64,000 nt of DNA from assembly GCA_964543035.1 (NCBI GenBank), contig CAZIVL010000001.1, forward strand, positions 367,736-431,735, written 5' to 3'. The position numbers and the translations under genes are program-made. This DNA comes from an uncultured Gammaproteobacteria bacterium (GTDB lineage Bacteria > Patescibacteriota > Microgenomatia > CAZETR01 > Amesbacteraceae). Below, piece by piece: positions 1-10,009 of this stretch. The notes under the pieces are model-generated. The model made no database searches. It had not been told where the DNA came from and saw nothing but the letters and a program-made list of their open reading frames with translations. The number at the start of each line of letters is the position of its first letter. Position 1 is the first letter of the stretch.

Positions 1-453
1 TCTGATACCAAAGCAATTTCAGAAGTCTCCCGAGTTCTCAAAAAAAATGGTCTTTTTTTTCTCACTGTTCCGAGCGATCGTTACAAAGAGACACTAGAAT
101 CCTATATCAAAAATCCCAAAGAATTTGCCTGGTATAACAGTCGAGTGATGCATTACAGATATCGAACTTTGGGTGAGTGGGAAAAGCTTTTGAAAAAAAA
201 CAGATTAAAGATCATCTCTCATCAATATTATTTCTCAAAAAAAATTATCCCCATCTGGTACAGGCTATTCAAAATGGCCGTGTTTCAGATCAGAGGACGT
301 GAGTTGTGGTCATATATTCGTGATTCAAAATTCAGCAAACTTATTCCCAAAGGAGTTGTTTTCTCAGTCGAAAAAATTATCTTACCTGTGTTAATTAACA
401 AATCTTTAGATTCAGATGGCACATGGCACTTTATCATCGCCCAAAAGAGTTAG
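1..453 (+). CDS. SAM-dependent methyltransferase, C-terminal part (5' end cut by window edge)
   Basis: Frame 1 is open from base 1 and runs into the listed ORF 145..453; 'VLKKNGLFFLTVP' is a typical class I methyltransferase post-motif segment. Confidence 0.5.
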   Translation, partial: SDTKAISEVSRVLKKNGLFFLTVPSDRYKETLESYIKNPKEFAWYNSRVMHYRYRTLGEWEKLLKKNRLKIISHQYYFSKKIIPIWYRLFKMAVFQIRGRELWSYIRDSKFSKLIPKGVVFSVEKIILPVLINKSLDSDGTWHFIIAQKS

Positions 454-1276
454 TCCAAAAACTTACACAAAAAAATACTATTTAGAAGATTGTAGTGGGT
501 ATGACTTGTTCAAAAAAACGAACGGGGATGCAATCGACGACAGACTGCAAAAAATTGTGACCCTTCTCCCAAACCTCAAGAATGCAAAAATTTTAGACAT
601 AGGCTGTGGCAGAGGAGAACTAGGTATATATTTGGCAAAAAAAGGAAACTATGTGCTGGGTATTGATTATTCAAAAAACGCGATAGATCTCGCAAAAAAA
701 GCTCTAAGTCTTCAGTCAGGATTTGTCAGGTCTAGATTGTCATTTCTTACACTAGATTTACATAACTTGGAGAGTCTGAAAAACAAATTTGATCTAATCG
801 TCTGCACTGAGGTTTGGGAGCACATCTACCCCGACGAGCAAGACGCCTTACTCAAGTCGGTTCGCACGTTACTTAAGCCTGGAGGATTTGTGTTCATTCA
901 CACTGCCCCATCCCGGTGGTTCAACGAGTTTACATATCCCCTTTGGTGTTACCCGGTCAGTAGTTTTATTGTAGGCATTTGGAATAGGTTGTACAAAAAA
1001 AGCTATGGCAACATTCCTCCGCCCGAAGAACTTAGACCTCATTATCATCAGCTTATGCACGTAGCTGAACCTGACTATTTTTCTTTCAGGGCGACGCTCT
1101 TAAAAAATGGCTTTACAGGTAGTATCAGATCCACCAACATCACAGTAAACAAGCCAATATTTTCATTCAAAGATACCTTGTACAATTTTTTGGTTTACTT
1201 ATCTCCTCTAAGCAACCTTTTTCCCTTAAACATATTTTGGGGCAATGACTTTTGGGTATTGGCAAAAATGATATGA
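416..1276 (+). CDS. class I SAM-dependent methyltransferase
   Basis: Glycine-rich SAM-binding motif 'ILDIGCGRGELG' followed by an acidic residue ('LGIDYS'). Confidence 0.7.
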   Translation: MAHGTLSSPKRVSPKTYTKKYYLEDCSGYDLFKKTNGDAIDDRLQKIVTLLPNLKNAKILDIGCGRGELGIYLAKKGNYVLGIDYSKNAIDLAKKALSLQSGFVRSRLSFLTLDLHNLESLKNKFDLIVCTEVWEHIYPDEQDALLKSVRTLLKPGGFVFIHTAPSRWFNEFTYPLWCYPVSSFIVGIWNRLYKKSYGNIPPPEELRPHYHQLMHVAEPDYFSFRATLLKNGFTGSIRSTNITVNKPIFSFKDTLYNFLVYLSPLSNLFPLNIFWGNDFWVLAKMI

Positions 1277-2388
1277 AAATTGCCATTTTTCACAACTTTC
1301 CCGCAGGTGGCGGTAAGCGCACAGTCTTCGAACAGGCAAAAGGATTGCTTGCTCGCGGCCATCAGGTAGAGGCCTTCGAGCTTACAAACACAGACTCAAG
1401 CTTTTGCGATCTCAGAAAGCTCAAGTGTCGAGTTGCAGTTTTTCCGTTCGAAAAGGAAAGTTTTCTACCAGGCTTTTTATCTCGTCTCCAAAAAGATTAT
1501 CAAAACTTTTTTGTTCTAAACCATGTTCACAAAAAAATTGCTACCCACATAAACAGCTCTGGGTTTGACGTAGCCCTAATTCACACCGACTTACACACAG
1601 AGTCCCCGTACATTTTGCAATATCTCAAGATTCCACATGTATATCATTGTCACGAGTTGCTTCGCATTGCTTACGAAAAAGAATATGCGTTTACAGAGTC
1701 GGTATCCTGGCCAAAGTATTGGTACGAGATGATTACTCGAAAGATCAGAAAGCAAATTGATCGCATAAATGCTCAAAGCGCAAAAAATATTATTACCAAC
1801 TCAGAATACACCAAAAAAAATATTCAAATGGCATACGGTCGGATCGCCAAAATCTGTTATTCCGGAGTGGATCCCAAGGTGTTTAGACCTATTGGCAAAA
1901 GGACAAAATCCATTTTATTTATGGGCCAAAAGAATTATGTAGGCGGCTACGATTTTGTAAATGAAATTATGGCTCATATACCAATAGAAATGGGTATTCA
2001 GCTAAAAAACTTTGGCTTCCCCAAAGGCCGTCCAGATACGAAAAATGATCTTTTGCTCGCCAGATCATATTCTCAAGCGCTGGCCACTTTATGTGTGTCA
2101 TATGGCGAGCCTTTTGGTCTCAAAGCTCTTGAGTCTATGTCATGTGGGACACCAGTGATGGCCACCCGCGAAGGAGGGTATCCAGACTCAATAGTGCCAG
2201 GCATTAACGGCTGGCTGTTCCCCAGAGATCCAAAAGTGTTTGCAAAACAGATAATCGCATTGGCAAACAACCCTTCAATATCAAATCGGATGGGTAGTAA
2301 CGCCAGAAATCATGTTCTCAAATCTTGGACCTGGGACCGGCATGTTGGGCAGTTAGAAAAAATACTCTTGGATGTCGCACATGTCTGA
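1273..2388 (+). CDS. glycosyltransferase family 4 (GT-B fold)
   Basis: 'MKIAIF' start and the C-terminal GT4 signature 'GEPFGLKALESMSCGTPVMATREGG'. Internal Met chosen over the 1252 ATG. Confidence 0.7.
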   Translation: MKIAIFHNFPAGGGKRTVFEQAKGLLARGHQVEAFELTNTDSSFCDLRKLKCRVAVFPFEKESFLPGFLSRLQKDYQNFFVLNHVHKKIATHINSSGFDVALIHTDLHTESPYILQYLKIPHVYHCHELLRIAYEKEYAFTESVSWPKYWYEMITRKIRKQIDRINAQSAKNIITNSEYTKKNIQMAYGRIAKICYSGVDPKVFRPIGKRTKSILFMGQKNYVGGYDFVNEIMAHIPIEMGIQLKNFGFPKGRPDTKNDLLLARSYSQALATLCVSYGEPFGLKALESMSCGTPVMATREGGYPDSIVPGINGWLFPRDPKVFAKQIIALANNPSISNRMGSNARNHVLKSWTWDRHVGQLEKILLDVAHV

Positions 2389-3127
2389 CGTTTCTACCAT
2401 CATTGTAAAATACAAAGCCGAAGCCGAATATCGCAAGTGTCTGGCCTCTATCCCAAAAAAACAAACTGAAATCATCACGATAGACAATAATAAGATCAAT
2501 AGGGGATACTCCCAAGGCAACAATCTGGGAGCAAGCATTTCAATTAAAAAGTATCTTTTCATTCTCAACCCGGACACAGTCCTTTTTTCAGACACCATAC
2601 AGCGGCTAGTCTCGTTTCTGGATACTCATCCAAAAGCGGCCATCGTAGCCCCTCTCTTACTGGATTCTAAAGGGACTGCCTATCCACTCCAGGGTACATC
2701 TGAGCTGACGCCCATATCTGCCATTTTTAGCTTGTCTTTTGTCTACAAGTTTTGGCCAAAAAATCCAGTGGCAAATCACTATTGGCTCAAAGGCTGGGAC
2801 AAAAAGTTCCCCAGATCAGTAGATGTAGTCCCAGGCACGGCATTTCTTATTAGAAGACAGGTATTTGAACAAGTAGGAGGTTTTGACGAAAAATTCTTTC
2901 TATATTTCGAAGAGTCTGATCTGTGCAAGCGAGTCAAAAGCTTGGGACACGAAATATGGATAGATCCCCAAGCTCGACTGATTCATCATTGGGCCCGAAG
3001 TACTAAAAAAGAAAACACCAAAGAAACATTTGTAAACAGCCGCAAATATTATTTCAGAAAGCATTTTGGAGCAGTGGGTGCTTTTTTAGTAGAAATGTTT
3101 TGCAATCCGAGGTCAGTGTTAAAATAA
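2372..3127 (+). CDS. glycosyltransferase family 2
   Basis: GT2-like N-terminal domain and DxD-like region 'FYFEESDLCKR'; 251 aa. Confidence 0.6.
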   Translation: MSHMSDVSTIIVKYKAEAEYRKCLASIPKKQTEIITIDNNKINRGYSQGNNLGASISIKKYLFILNPDTVLFSDTIQRLVSFLDTHPKAAIVAPLLLDSKGTAYPLQGTSELTPISAIFSLSFVYKFWPKNPVANHYWLKGWDKKFPRSVDVVPGTAFLIRRQVFEQVGGFDEKFFLYFEESDLCKRVKSLGHEIWIDPQARLIHHWARSTKKENTKETFVNSRKYYFRKHFGAVGAFLVEMFCNPRSVLK

Positions 3128-3131
3128 TCAT

Positions 3132-3878
3132 ATGTTGACTGGCGTCGTTTTGACACACAATTGCAAAAAAGACTTAGTGCGCTGTCTGGAATCATTGGAG
3201 TTTTGTGATGAGATCTTGGTAGTAGACGACGATTCTATAGATCAGACTCTGACACTCGCAAAAAAAACCAAAGCCAAAATAATTTCCCGGTCTCTGGATG
3301 GCGATTTTGCAGCTCAACGCAATTTTGCCCTCTCTCATGTCAAGTCTGGTTGGGTGCTATTTATTGATCCAGACGAAGTAGTCTCAAAAGAACTAGCCTC
3401 AGAAATAATTCAAAATACTAGATACGAGATACAAAATACAGCTTTTTATATTCCTCGCATAGATTACATGTGGGGACGACTTCTCCTGCATGGGGATTCA
3501 GGACTTACCAAATTAGTCAGACTAGGCAAACACGACGCGGGAAAGTGGGTTTATCCAGTACATGAGATCTGGAAGGCAGATGGACCCACTGGGGAGATCG
3601 GCTTACCCTTACTTCATTATCCTCACCCAACCCTTTATCTATTTTTGTCCGAGCTAAATTTTTATTCATCGATCAGGGCCAAACAGTTTTTAAGTGAAGG
3701 AAAAACTACCAATCTGGTCGAGATCATACTCGGTCCGCCTTGGCGATTTTTTGAAAATTATTTTCTCAAGCTTGGAATATTGGATGGTACAGCTGGACTT
3801 GTTCATGCCATGTGTATGGCGTTTTATATGTTTTTGGTCGCCGGCAAGCTATGGCTCATGTCACATTCGCGCTCCTAG
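3132..3878 (+). CDS. glycosyltransferase family 2 (LPS/core-type)
   Basis: 'ILVVDDDSIDQT' and 'FIDPDE' motifs of GT2 enzymes. Confidence 0.65.
   Translation: MLTGVVLTHNCKKDLVRCLESLEFCDEILVVDDDSIDQTLTLAKKTKAKIISRSLDGDFAAQRNFALSHVKSGWVLFIDPDEVVSKELASEIIQNTRYEIQNTAFYIPRIDYMWGRLLLHGDSGLTKLVRLGKHDAGKWVYPVHEIWKADGPTGEIGLPLLHYPHPTLYLFLSELNFYSSIRAKQFLSEGKTTNLVEIILGPPWRFFENYFLKLGILDGTAGLVHAMCMAFYMFLVAGKLWLMSHSRS
3411..3442. repeat. 7-bp-period tandem array, ATACNNN family (ATACTAG ATACGAG ATACAAA ATACAGC), in frame within the GT2 CDS
   Basis: Direct reading; encodes 'IQNTRYEIQNT'. Confidence 0.7.
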
Positions 3879-4942
3879 TCCTCTCGTTTATAGCCGGAAA
3901 TATATTCAAAGTAGGTGGTGTGTCTTTACTGGACTTTTCGGTGTTCATATTCTGGATATTTACCCTCAAAAAAAACCACTTCAGACTAACCTTGCCCAAA
4001 CCACATGTAATATTTATCTTTGTAGCCTTTTTGTCACTGCTGTTGGCAACTCGGTGGGGAGCCACCTCCCAGTTTATAGGTCTGCAATATTTAGTCAGAT
4101 TTGTGATTTATTCAAGCTTGCCTTTTTTTACAAAACCATTGTTTGAAAAAAGAAGCCTTCATCACCTCATATATTATTTAGGTTTAGTCACAGTTATTAT
4201 CGGTCTATCTCAGTACATATTAATGCCTGACGTCCGATTTCTTTCTGCTTGGAATTGGGATGACCACTATTTCAGAGTGATTGGCTCTTTTCTCGATCCC
4301 GGATTTACAGGTCTTTTGCTGGTACTATTTTTTACCTTTTACTTTTTCCACAGACACCGCTTTTTGACGATCCTCACTTTTATTACCATGGCCCTTACCT
4401 ATTCCCGCAGCTCATATCTGGCATTTTTAGTTGCAGTAGGAATTATGGCTTTTCAAAAAAAATCACTCATGTTTTTTGTCAAAGGGACCCTAATACTCAT
4501 TTTGACAATTGCAATTCTTCCTCGAGCCTCCCAGGGCGAGGGGGTAAAACTAGAAAGAACCAGTACCATCCAGGCCCGACTGATCAATTGGGGTCAGTCT
4601 ATCCAGATTTTTTCAGACCATCCAGTTTTGGGAGTGGGGTTCAACACATATCGTTATGCGCAGAAAGATTATGGTTTTCTAGAAGAAAAAAACTGGCTAC
4701 AAAATCACGCCGGCGCAGGAGCCGACTCCTCTCTCTTATTTGTCGCTGCAACGACCGGAGTAGTAGGATTGTTTTTTTACTTCGGCTATCTGAAATCTCT
4801 ATACATGATACTTAATACAAAATACATGATACCCATACTAGTACACTCCTTCTTCCTCAATTCCCTTTTTTATCCAGCCACAATGTTATTGATAGCAATA
4901 TTAATCATGGTTGGTAATTCACAAGAATCTCCTTCTTTATAG
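3851..4942 (+). CDS. O-antigen ligase/polymerase-like polytopic membrane protein
   Basis: Multiple hydrophobic segments; position in the glycan cluster; Wzy_C-like loop region. Start at internal ATG 3851. Confidence 0.45.
   Translation: MAHVTFALLVLSFIAGNIFKVGGVSLLDFSVFIFWIFTLKKNHFRLTLPKPHVIFIFVAFLSLLLATRWGATSQFIGLQYLVRFVIYSSLPFFTKPLFEKRSLHHLIYYLGLVTVIIGLSQYILMPDVRFLSAWNWDDHYFRVIGSFLDPGFTGLLLVLFFTFYFFHRHRFLTILTFITMALTYSRSSYLAFLVAVGIMAFQKKSLMFFVKGTLILILTIAILPRASQGEGVKLERTSTIQARLINWGQSIQIFSDHPVLGVGFNTYRYAQKDYGFLEEKNWLQNHAGAGADSSLLFVAATTGVVGLFFYFGYLKSLYMILNTKYMIPILVHSFFLNSLFYPATMLLIAILIMVGNSQESPSL
4801..4842. repeat. 7-bp-period tandem array, ATACNNN family (about 6 units: ATACATG ATACTTA ATACAAA ATACATG ATACCCA TACTAGT)
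   Basis: Direct reading; in frame in the ligase-like CDS ('LYMILNTKYMIPILV'). Confidence 0.7.
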
Positions 4943-5618
4943 AATTGGTCGCCAGATCTTGGGCTTCAACAATTATTTTATTCTCTCCAGCATTCAAATT
5001 TACATTGGTAGAAAAATTCCCTTCCGCATCTACTATTAGTAGTCTCTGATTTACAAATATTCTGGCTCCAGGGTCAGTTACTCCTTTTACCTCTACTCGG
5101 GCAGTCCCACCCGTGATTGTGGAGCCTTCAGCCGGAGCACTCACCTCAAGCTTGGGAGTCTTTTTTAGATACAAAATATTAAGTGTTTTAGATTTTTGAC
5201 TCAGGTTTCCTCCGGCATCTTTTGCTACAGCAACCAGCTTATTTTCTCCTTCTACTAGATTCACAGTCCCAAAGTGGAAAGTTCCATCCTCGGCTGCCAC
5301 CAGATTGCCTATCTCTTCCTCGCCTCGTGACAGGTAGACTGTCACCCCAGGTTCAGTCGTTCCGGTCACCACTTGGGTGGCACTATTTGTTGCAGGATAC
5401 GGGTTGTATAAAACTGGAGGAGGAGGGGGGATAAAGTCATTTTTGTCGACCGGTTTGTTTGCCGAGTTGATTTCAGCTAAGAATGCCGCCATTTTAACGA
5501 CTGTGGGGACACCCAAGATCACAACCATAATGATAAGTACCACGGTTCCGATTCCCAAAAGTGTCGCGGTTCTCACACTCCGTTTTTCTTCCAGTCTTTG
5601 CAGCCTCGATCTATACAT
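4905..5618 (-). CDS. membrane-anchored secreted protein with proline linker and tandem bacterial Ig-like domains
   Basis: N-terminal TM helix, a PPPPP linker, and a repeated 'VTGTTEPGVTVY / VKGVTDPGARIFV' beta-sandwich-like pattern. Confidence 0.45.
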   Translation of the reverse strand: MYRSRLQRLEEKRSVRTATLLGIGTVVLIIMVVILGVPTVVKMAAFLAEINSANKPVDKNDFIPPPPPVLYNPYPATNSATQVVTGTTEPGVTVYLSRGEEEIGNLVAAEDGTFHFGTVNLVEGENKLVAVAKDAGGNLSQKSKTLNILYLKKTPKLEVSAPAEGSTITGGTARVEVKGVTDPGARIFVNQRLLIVDAEGNFSTNVNLNAGENKIIVEAQDLATNSIKKEILVNYQP

Positions 5619-5646
5619 TCTGATGGTAAAATTGTACCACGATAGC

Positions 5647-5719
5647 GCCGAAGTAGCTCAAATGGTAGAGCGAGGCTTTCGTAAAGCTTAGGTAGTGGGT
5701 TCGATCCCCACCTTCGGCT
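5647..5719 (+). tRNA. tRNA-Thr (anticodon CGU)
   Basis: Manual cloverleaf: acceptor GCCGAAG/CTTCGGC, D-stem GCTC/GAGC, anticodon loop TTCGTAA, T-loop TTCGATC, 73 nt, no encoded CCA. Confidence 0.8.
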
Positions 5720-5764
5720 CATTGGTCCATTGTCTTTCCAAAGCCTTGTCTGTATAAATATGGG

Positions 5765-7996
5765 GTGACACAGCGAAGTCTTGTACTCATAATTGCGTCT
5801 CTTCTGATGGCCTCGAGCCTGTCAATGATACTCTCGCCCAAATTGTCTTCACTTGTATATCCTCTTTTTTCCACTCAAATTCCAGGAGTATCAGAAAGTT
5901 TAGTGTCCGCAAAATCATATGATTTGGTTGAATTTGGAGTTACTTTTGTATTGGGGTTATTTATTTCAATAACAAATATTTTTCTCTTCAAGAAAGTCGA
6001 ATCCAAAGAGCATCTTCTCAGCACTCTTTTAATCTCTGCAGGAGTAATCACATTTTTGCTTACAAAATTTGCTACATATTCCGGTCGGGCCGTGTTTGGT
6101 ATCGTAATAGTGGTCGAGTTGTTTATATTATTATTGGCTATTTTCTCTTCACGAAAAAAAATATCCTCACAACACGACAATCGTCTAGTACATTTGAGTC
6201 TGCTCAATGGGATATTTTTAGGTTTTTTTTGTTTGCTGGCAATAAAGCTGATTACACCCATCGTGATTATCCCATTATCAGCGTTGGTTCTTATCCCGAT
6301 AATAAATTTGTATTTTTCTTATACTTACTCTTCCTGGGCCAAGCAGATGGCTTTTTTTCCAGGATTCTTAGTTCCAGCCATCCTTTTATTTCCAACAGAT
6401 CTTTCTAAAATAGTCATATCAGGGGCAACTATTCTTTTGATTTGGGGATTATCAACATACTTAAAACGAACTATATTTCCCATACGGCTTTTATCTTCAT
6501 ATATATTGCCATCACTTTTAGTATTTCTTGCTGCATACAACCCCACATTTGTGATAGGTAATTTTGATTCGGTCGAAGAGGGTTTTTGGAGCGCCTGGGT
6601 CCAGAGGCTCTTACAAGGCGATGTTCTGTACAAAGATGTCATGGTATATCATCCTCCAGTATTTATTTGGGGGTTATATGTATTTGAAAAATTGGTTGGT
6701 GTATCACTGGTATCCCAAAGACTATTTATGCATCTACTTCAAGTAGCAGGAGCAATCATATATCTGTTTTTTATAAAAAGAATTATAAAAAGTCGAGGTC
6801 TGGTTATTCTTCTTATGCTTGTCTATTTCGGTCTTACTACAACCGCTGTAAAAAACAATGTAGAAATACGTGTTGGTCTGGGGCTACTTAGTCTATTGGC
6901 TATTTCTTATTCAAGATTTTCGACAGCCGGAGCTCTTGCAGCTATTTCACTATTTTCCAGTGTTGAAGTAGGCCTAGCCAGTATTGTCTCCGGTCTTGCG
7001 TTCAGCTTATTTCAGTCAAAAAACAGACTGAAGAGTGTTTTTTCTTGGAGTCTAGGTTTTGTCATCGGTAGCCTTCCAATATTGGCAATCTTGGCATGGC
7101 TTGGAAGTCTCGGTCATTTTATAAATCAAATCACTTTTTATGCATCTATTTTTTCCCAGGGGTATTTCAACTCTCCAGTAGATAGGGCTATTAGTTTGTC
7201 TTTCTTTCACTGGCATATATTTAATCAATTTTTTGGATCCCCGGCTATGTGGTATGAGCTAATAAAATTAGTCACATTTTCATCAGTTATATATGGCTTA
7301 TTGAAACTTTTTTTCAAAAAGGCCTTGTCAGAAGACAATCTAATACTGAGTACTGCCATTATGGCCGGCGTGCTTACAAGAGTCGCCCTGGGCAGATCAG
7401 ACTACTTACACTTACTGTTTCCTCTTTTAGTTGTAATTGCCTTGGTAGGGTATGGCATCGATAGACTAAATGATCAAAAGCCAAATCTTGCAGTTCTACT
7501 GACTACTATTTTAGTCATGGTTTTGGCCAGAGAAGGGATCAATTCGGCTTACCTAGAAAATCTCTCTTTCCGACTCCAAACTTACGGCTCTATTGTAGAT
7601 GAGTTTCATACCTACAAGACCCCAAGAGCCGTGGGCATCCAAAGAGATTCCAGAGTCACAGCCGACTCCGAAAATGAGCTAATTTCATACATTCAGTCCA
7701 ATACCACAGCCGCGGACTCAATATTTACCTACCCTTGGTATCCCGAGCTATATTTTATTACGGATAGAAAAAATGCCACATCAGTTGATACTCCTTATGC
7801 GTTTTATACCCCAGAACATCAAAAAAAAATTCTGTCCGATCTTTCAGAAAAAAAGCCAAAGTATGTCATCTACAACCCTGACATGAATTTTGGAGGCCTC
7901 TCAGTGGGCTCTTTGTCAGATGTAGACAATTACATAAAATCACACTACAAAGTGGTCAAACAGTTTGGAAAAAACCAAGTCTTAGAATCACAATAG
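5765..7996 (+). CDS. large polytopic membrane protein, possibly ArnT/PMT-like glycosyltransferase or YfhO-like
   Basis: 743 aa with more than 12 hydrophobic segments plus a C-terminal soluble domain; next to the GT cluster. Confidence 0.4.
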   Translation: MTQRSLVLIIASLLMASSLSMILSPKLSSLVYPLFSTQIPGVSESLVSAKSYDLVEFGVTFVLGLFISITNIFLFKKVESKEHLLSTLLISAGVITFLLTKFATYSGRAVFGIVIVVELFILLLAIFSSRKKISSQHDNRLVHLSLLNGIFLGFFCLLAIKLITPIVIIPLSALVLIPIINLYFSYTYSSWAKQMAFFPGFLVPAILLFPTDLSKIVISGATILLIWGLSTYLKRTIFPIRLLSSYILPSLLVFLAAYNPTFVIGNFDSVEEGFWSAWVQRLLQGDVLYKDVMVYHPPVFIWGLYVFEKLVGVSLVSQRLFMHLLQVAGAIIYLFFIKRIIKSRGLVILLMLVYFGLTTTAVKNNVEIRVGLGLLSLLAISYSRFSTAGALAAISLFSSVEVGLASIVSGLAFSLFQSKNRLKSVFSWSLGFVIGSLPILAILAWLGSLGHFINQITFYASIFSQGYFNSPVDRAISLSFFHWHIFNQFFGSPAMWYELIKLVTFSSVIYGLLKLFFKKALSEDNLILSTAIMAGVLTRVALGRSDYLHLLFPLLVVIALVGYGIDRLNDQKPNLAVLLTTILVMVLAREGINSAYLENLSFRLQTYGSIVDEFHTYKTPRAVGIQRDSRVTADSENELISYIQSNTTAADSIFTYPWYPELYFITDRKNATSVDTPYAFYTPEHQKKILSDLSEKKPKYVIYNPDMNFGGLSVGSLSDVDNYIKSHYKVVKQFGKNQVLESQ

Positions 7997-7998
7997 GT

Positions 7999-8823
7999 AT
8001 GGACAAGTTCTCCGCCACTTGGATATCTCACTCTTCACTCTCAGATTATCTGAAATGTCCCCGGGCCTACTATCTAAAAAACATGTGGAGAAACCCCGCC
8101 ACTGGTCACAAAGTCAGTGTCATGTCACCGGCTCTTGCCCTCGGTCAGTCAGTCCACGAAGTAGTTGAGTCTCTAAGTAGTCTTCCAGTTGAAAATAGAT
8201 TCGCAGAGGACTTACTAGAAAAGTTTGAAAAAAGTTGGGCAAAAGTTTCAGGATCCAAAGGCGGGTTTACAAGCCCAGACCAAGAACAGCAGACCAAGTC
8301 TCGAGGTGTTCAGATGCTTCAAAGAGTTATAAATAACCCGGGTCCGTTAAAAAACAAAACTATCAAGATCAGAGAAACTGTCCCATATTATTGGTTATCA
8401 GAAGAGGACAATATTATTTTGTGTGGCAAGATCGACTGGCTGGAGTATGTAGAGGCCACAGACTCGGTCAATATTATTGATTTCAAGACGGGCAAATATG
8501 ATGAAGATCCCGAGTCTCTTCAGCTCCCCATCTATTTTCTTTTGGCCGGACACACTCAGAGTAGACCTGTTTCAAAAGCGTATTACTGGTATCTCGACCG
8601 CGATGACGCTCCCAAAGAAGTTATCCCTCCGGATTTGGTCGAGTCAGAAAAAAAAGTCCTAAGTCTTGCCAAAAAAGTGTCACTCGCCCGTAAGCTCAAT
8701 CATTTTCAGTGTCCAAAACTTGGGGGTTGCAGATCGTGTGATTCATTGGAAAAAATTGTCTTGGGCAAGGCAACTCTGGTGGGGACAAATGATTTTGGTC
8801 AGGATGTGTATGTACTCGCTTAA
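7999..8823 (+). CDS. PD-(D/E)XK nuclease, RecB/Cas4-like, with C-terminal Cys cluster
   Basis: 'IIDFKTGK' (D/E-x-K), 'QLPIYFLL' (QxxxY) and C-terminal 'CPKLGGCRSC'. Confidence 0.6.
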   Translation: MDKFSATWISHSSLSDYLKCPRAYYLKNMWRNPATGHKVSVMSPALALGQSVHEVVESLSSLPVENRFAEDLLEKFEKSWAKVSGSKGGFTSPDQEQQTKSRGVQMLQRVINNPGPLKNKTIKIRETVPYYWLSEEDNIILCGKIDWLEYVEATDSVNIIDFKTGKYDEDPESLQLPIYFLLAGHTQSRPVSKAYYWYLDRDDAPKEVIPPDLVESEKKVLSLAKKVSLARKLNHFQCPKLGGCRSCDSLEKIVLGKATLVGTNDFGQDVYVLA

Positions 8824-9337
8824 AAGAAACCGCAGATCACGTGGTATCAGTATTTCCATAAGGCCCGGAGGCGAAGTCATAGTGACTGCCCATCCTCTCA
8901 TGCCAAAATATGCTATAGAGGCATTTGTGAGAACCAAACAAGATTGGATAGACAAGCATCGCCAAGTTCAGTTAACCAAAGCCCCACTTCTTACAAAGCT
9001 CGAAGAAAAAAAAGAATATCAGGTTCACAAGTCCAAAGCTCTTGCCCTTGCCCACGCTCGTCTCGAACACTTTAATCGTGTATACGGCTTCAAATACAAT
9101 TCAGTCTCAATAAGAAATACGGCATCCAGATGGGGGAGTTGTAGTAGGTCCGGAAATCTAAATTTTAGTTACAAGATTGCTCTTATTCCCCTTGTCCAAG
9201 CCGATTACATCATAGTCCACGAGCTGTGTCACCTAAAGGAGTTTAACCACTCTCAGAGATTTTGGGACTTAGTAGCCATTACCTATCCTGATCACAAAAA
9301 GATACGAAAGCTCCTTCGTGACACTAGCTTACAGTGA
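8804..9337 (+). CDS. YgjP/DUF45-like zinc metallohydrolase (HExxH)
   Basis: 'IIVHELCHLKEFNHS' HExxH motif near the C-terminus, DUF45-like length. Start set at the internal ATG, which overlaps the upstream nuclease gene end. Confidence 0.55.
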   Translation: MCMYSLKRNRRSRGISISIRPGGEVIVTAHPLMPKYAIEAFVRTKQDWIDKHRQVQLTKAPLLTKLEEKKEYQVHKSKALALAHARLEHFNRVYGFKYNSVSIRNTASRWGSCSRSGNLNFSYKIALIPLVQADYIIVHELCHLKEFNHSQRFWDLVAITYPDHKKIRKLLRDTSLQ

Positions 9338-9617
9338 CACCTATCATGTCAAAAGCCTTGTACCGGGCCCGCACCTCAGCTCTAAATTTGTCAGCTAGAT
9401 TACTCGAGTACTTTCCATGTCCGCCAGTCTCCATCTTTCCGCACAGCCATCTCTCGGTGTCTTCGACTATTCGCCTTACTTCTCGACCAATTTCATTGAA
9501 CTTTTCTTGGTTGGCCTCCTGATTTTTCAGATACGCCTCATGAATTTTATCAAATAGCTCAAACTCCTCTTTGTGTTTGACCAGCATGTCTTCAAATGCT
9601 TGTTTGTATCTAGTCAT
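9324..9617 (-). CDS. hypothetical small charged protein
   Basis: Intact ORF tightly packed with neighbours; no recognisable motif. Confidence 0.3.
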   Translation of the reverse strand: MTRYKQAFEDMLVKHKEEFELFDKIHEAYLKNQEANQEKFNEIGREVRRIVEDTERWLCGKMETGGHGKYSSNLADKFRAEVRARYKAFDMIGVTVS

Positions 9618-9976
9618 TTTGGCAAATATGCAAATAAATCGATCTTGTATCCGTCCGGGTCAGACACTACCGCATATCTTTGTCCCCAAAATGCGTCCCA
9701 GGGCTCAGTGACAGTCTTATGTCCTGCAGATTTTACTTTTTCAAATGTCTCATCCACCTCCTTGGGAGACTCATATAGCAGTGCAAACGCAGATGTTGTT
9801 CCCGGCCCTGGCTTTTGGTTACCATCTATCATGAGCCGCACTGCGCCTTCTTTTGAAATAGCCTCTAGGTGGTCCTCATCCGGTTTGTACTCCGGAAACT
9901 CAAATCCCAAAAGAGTGTAAAACTCCACAGTCTTAGTAAGGTTACTAGTTGTGACCCCCACCGCATCTAATCGCAT
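9614..9976 (-). CDS. VOC family protein (glyoxalase/bleomycin-resistance fold)
   Basis: 120 aa with a 'VGVTTSNL...FY..LGF' N-terminus and 'DPDGYKIDLF' C-terminus typical of VOC proteins. Confidence 0.55.
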   Translation of the reverse strand: MRLDAVGVTTSNLTKTVEFYTLLGFEFPEYKPDEDHLEAISKEGAVRLMIDGNQKPGPGTTSAFALLYESPKEVDETFEKVKSAGHKTVTEPWDAFWGQRYAVVSDPDGYKIDLFAYLPK

Positions 9977-10009
9977 AATCCTTAAATAATATCACCGGAT
10001 TCGACGAAA

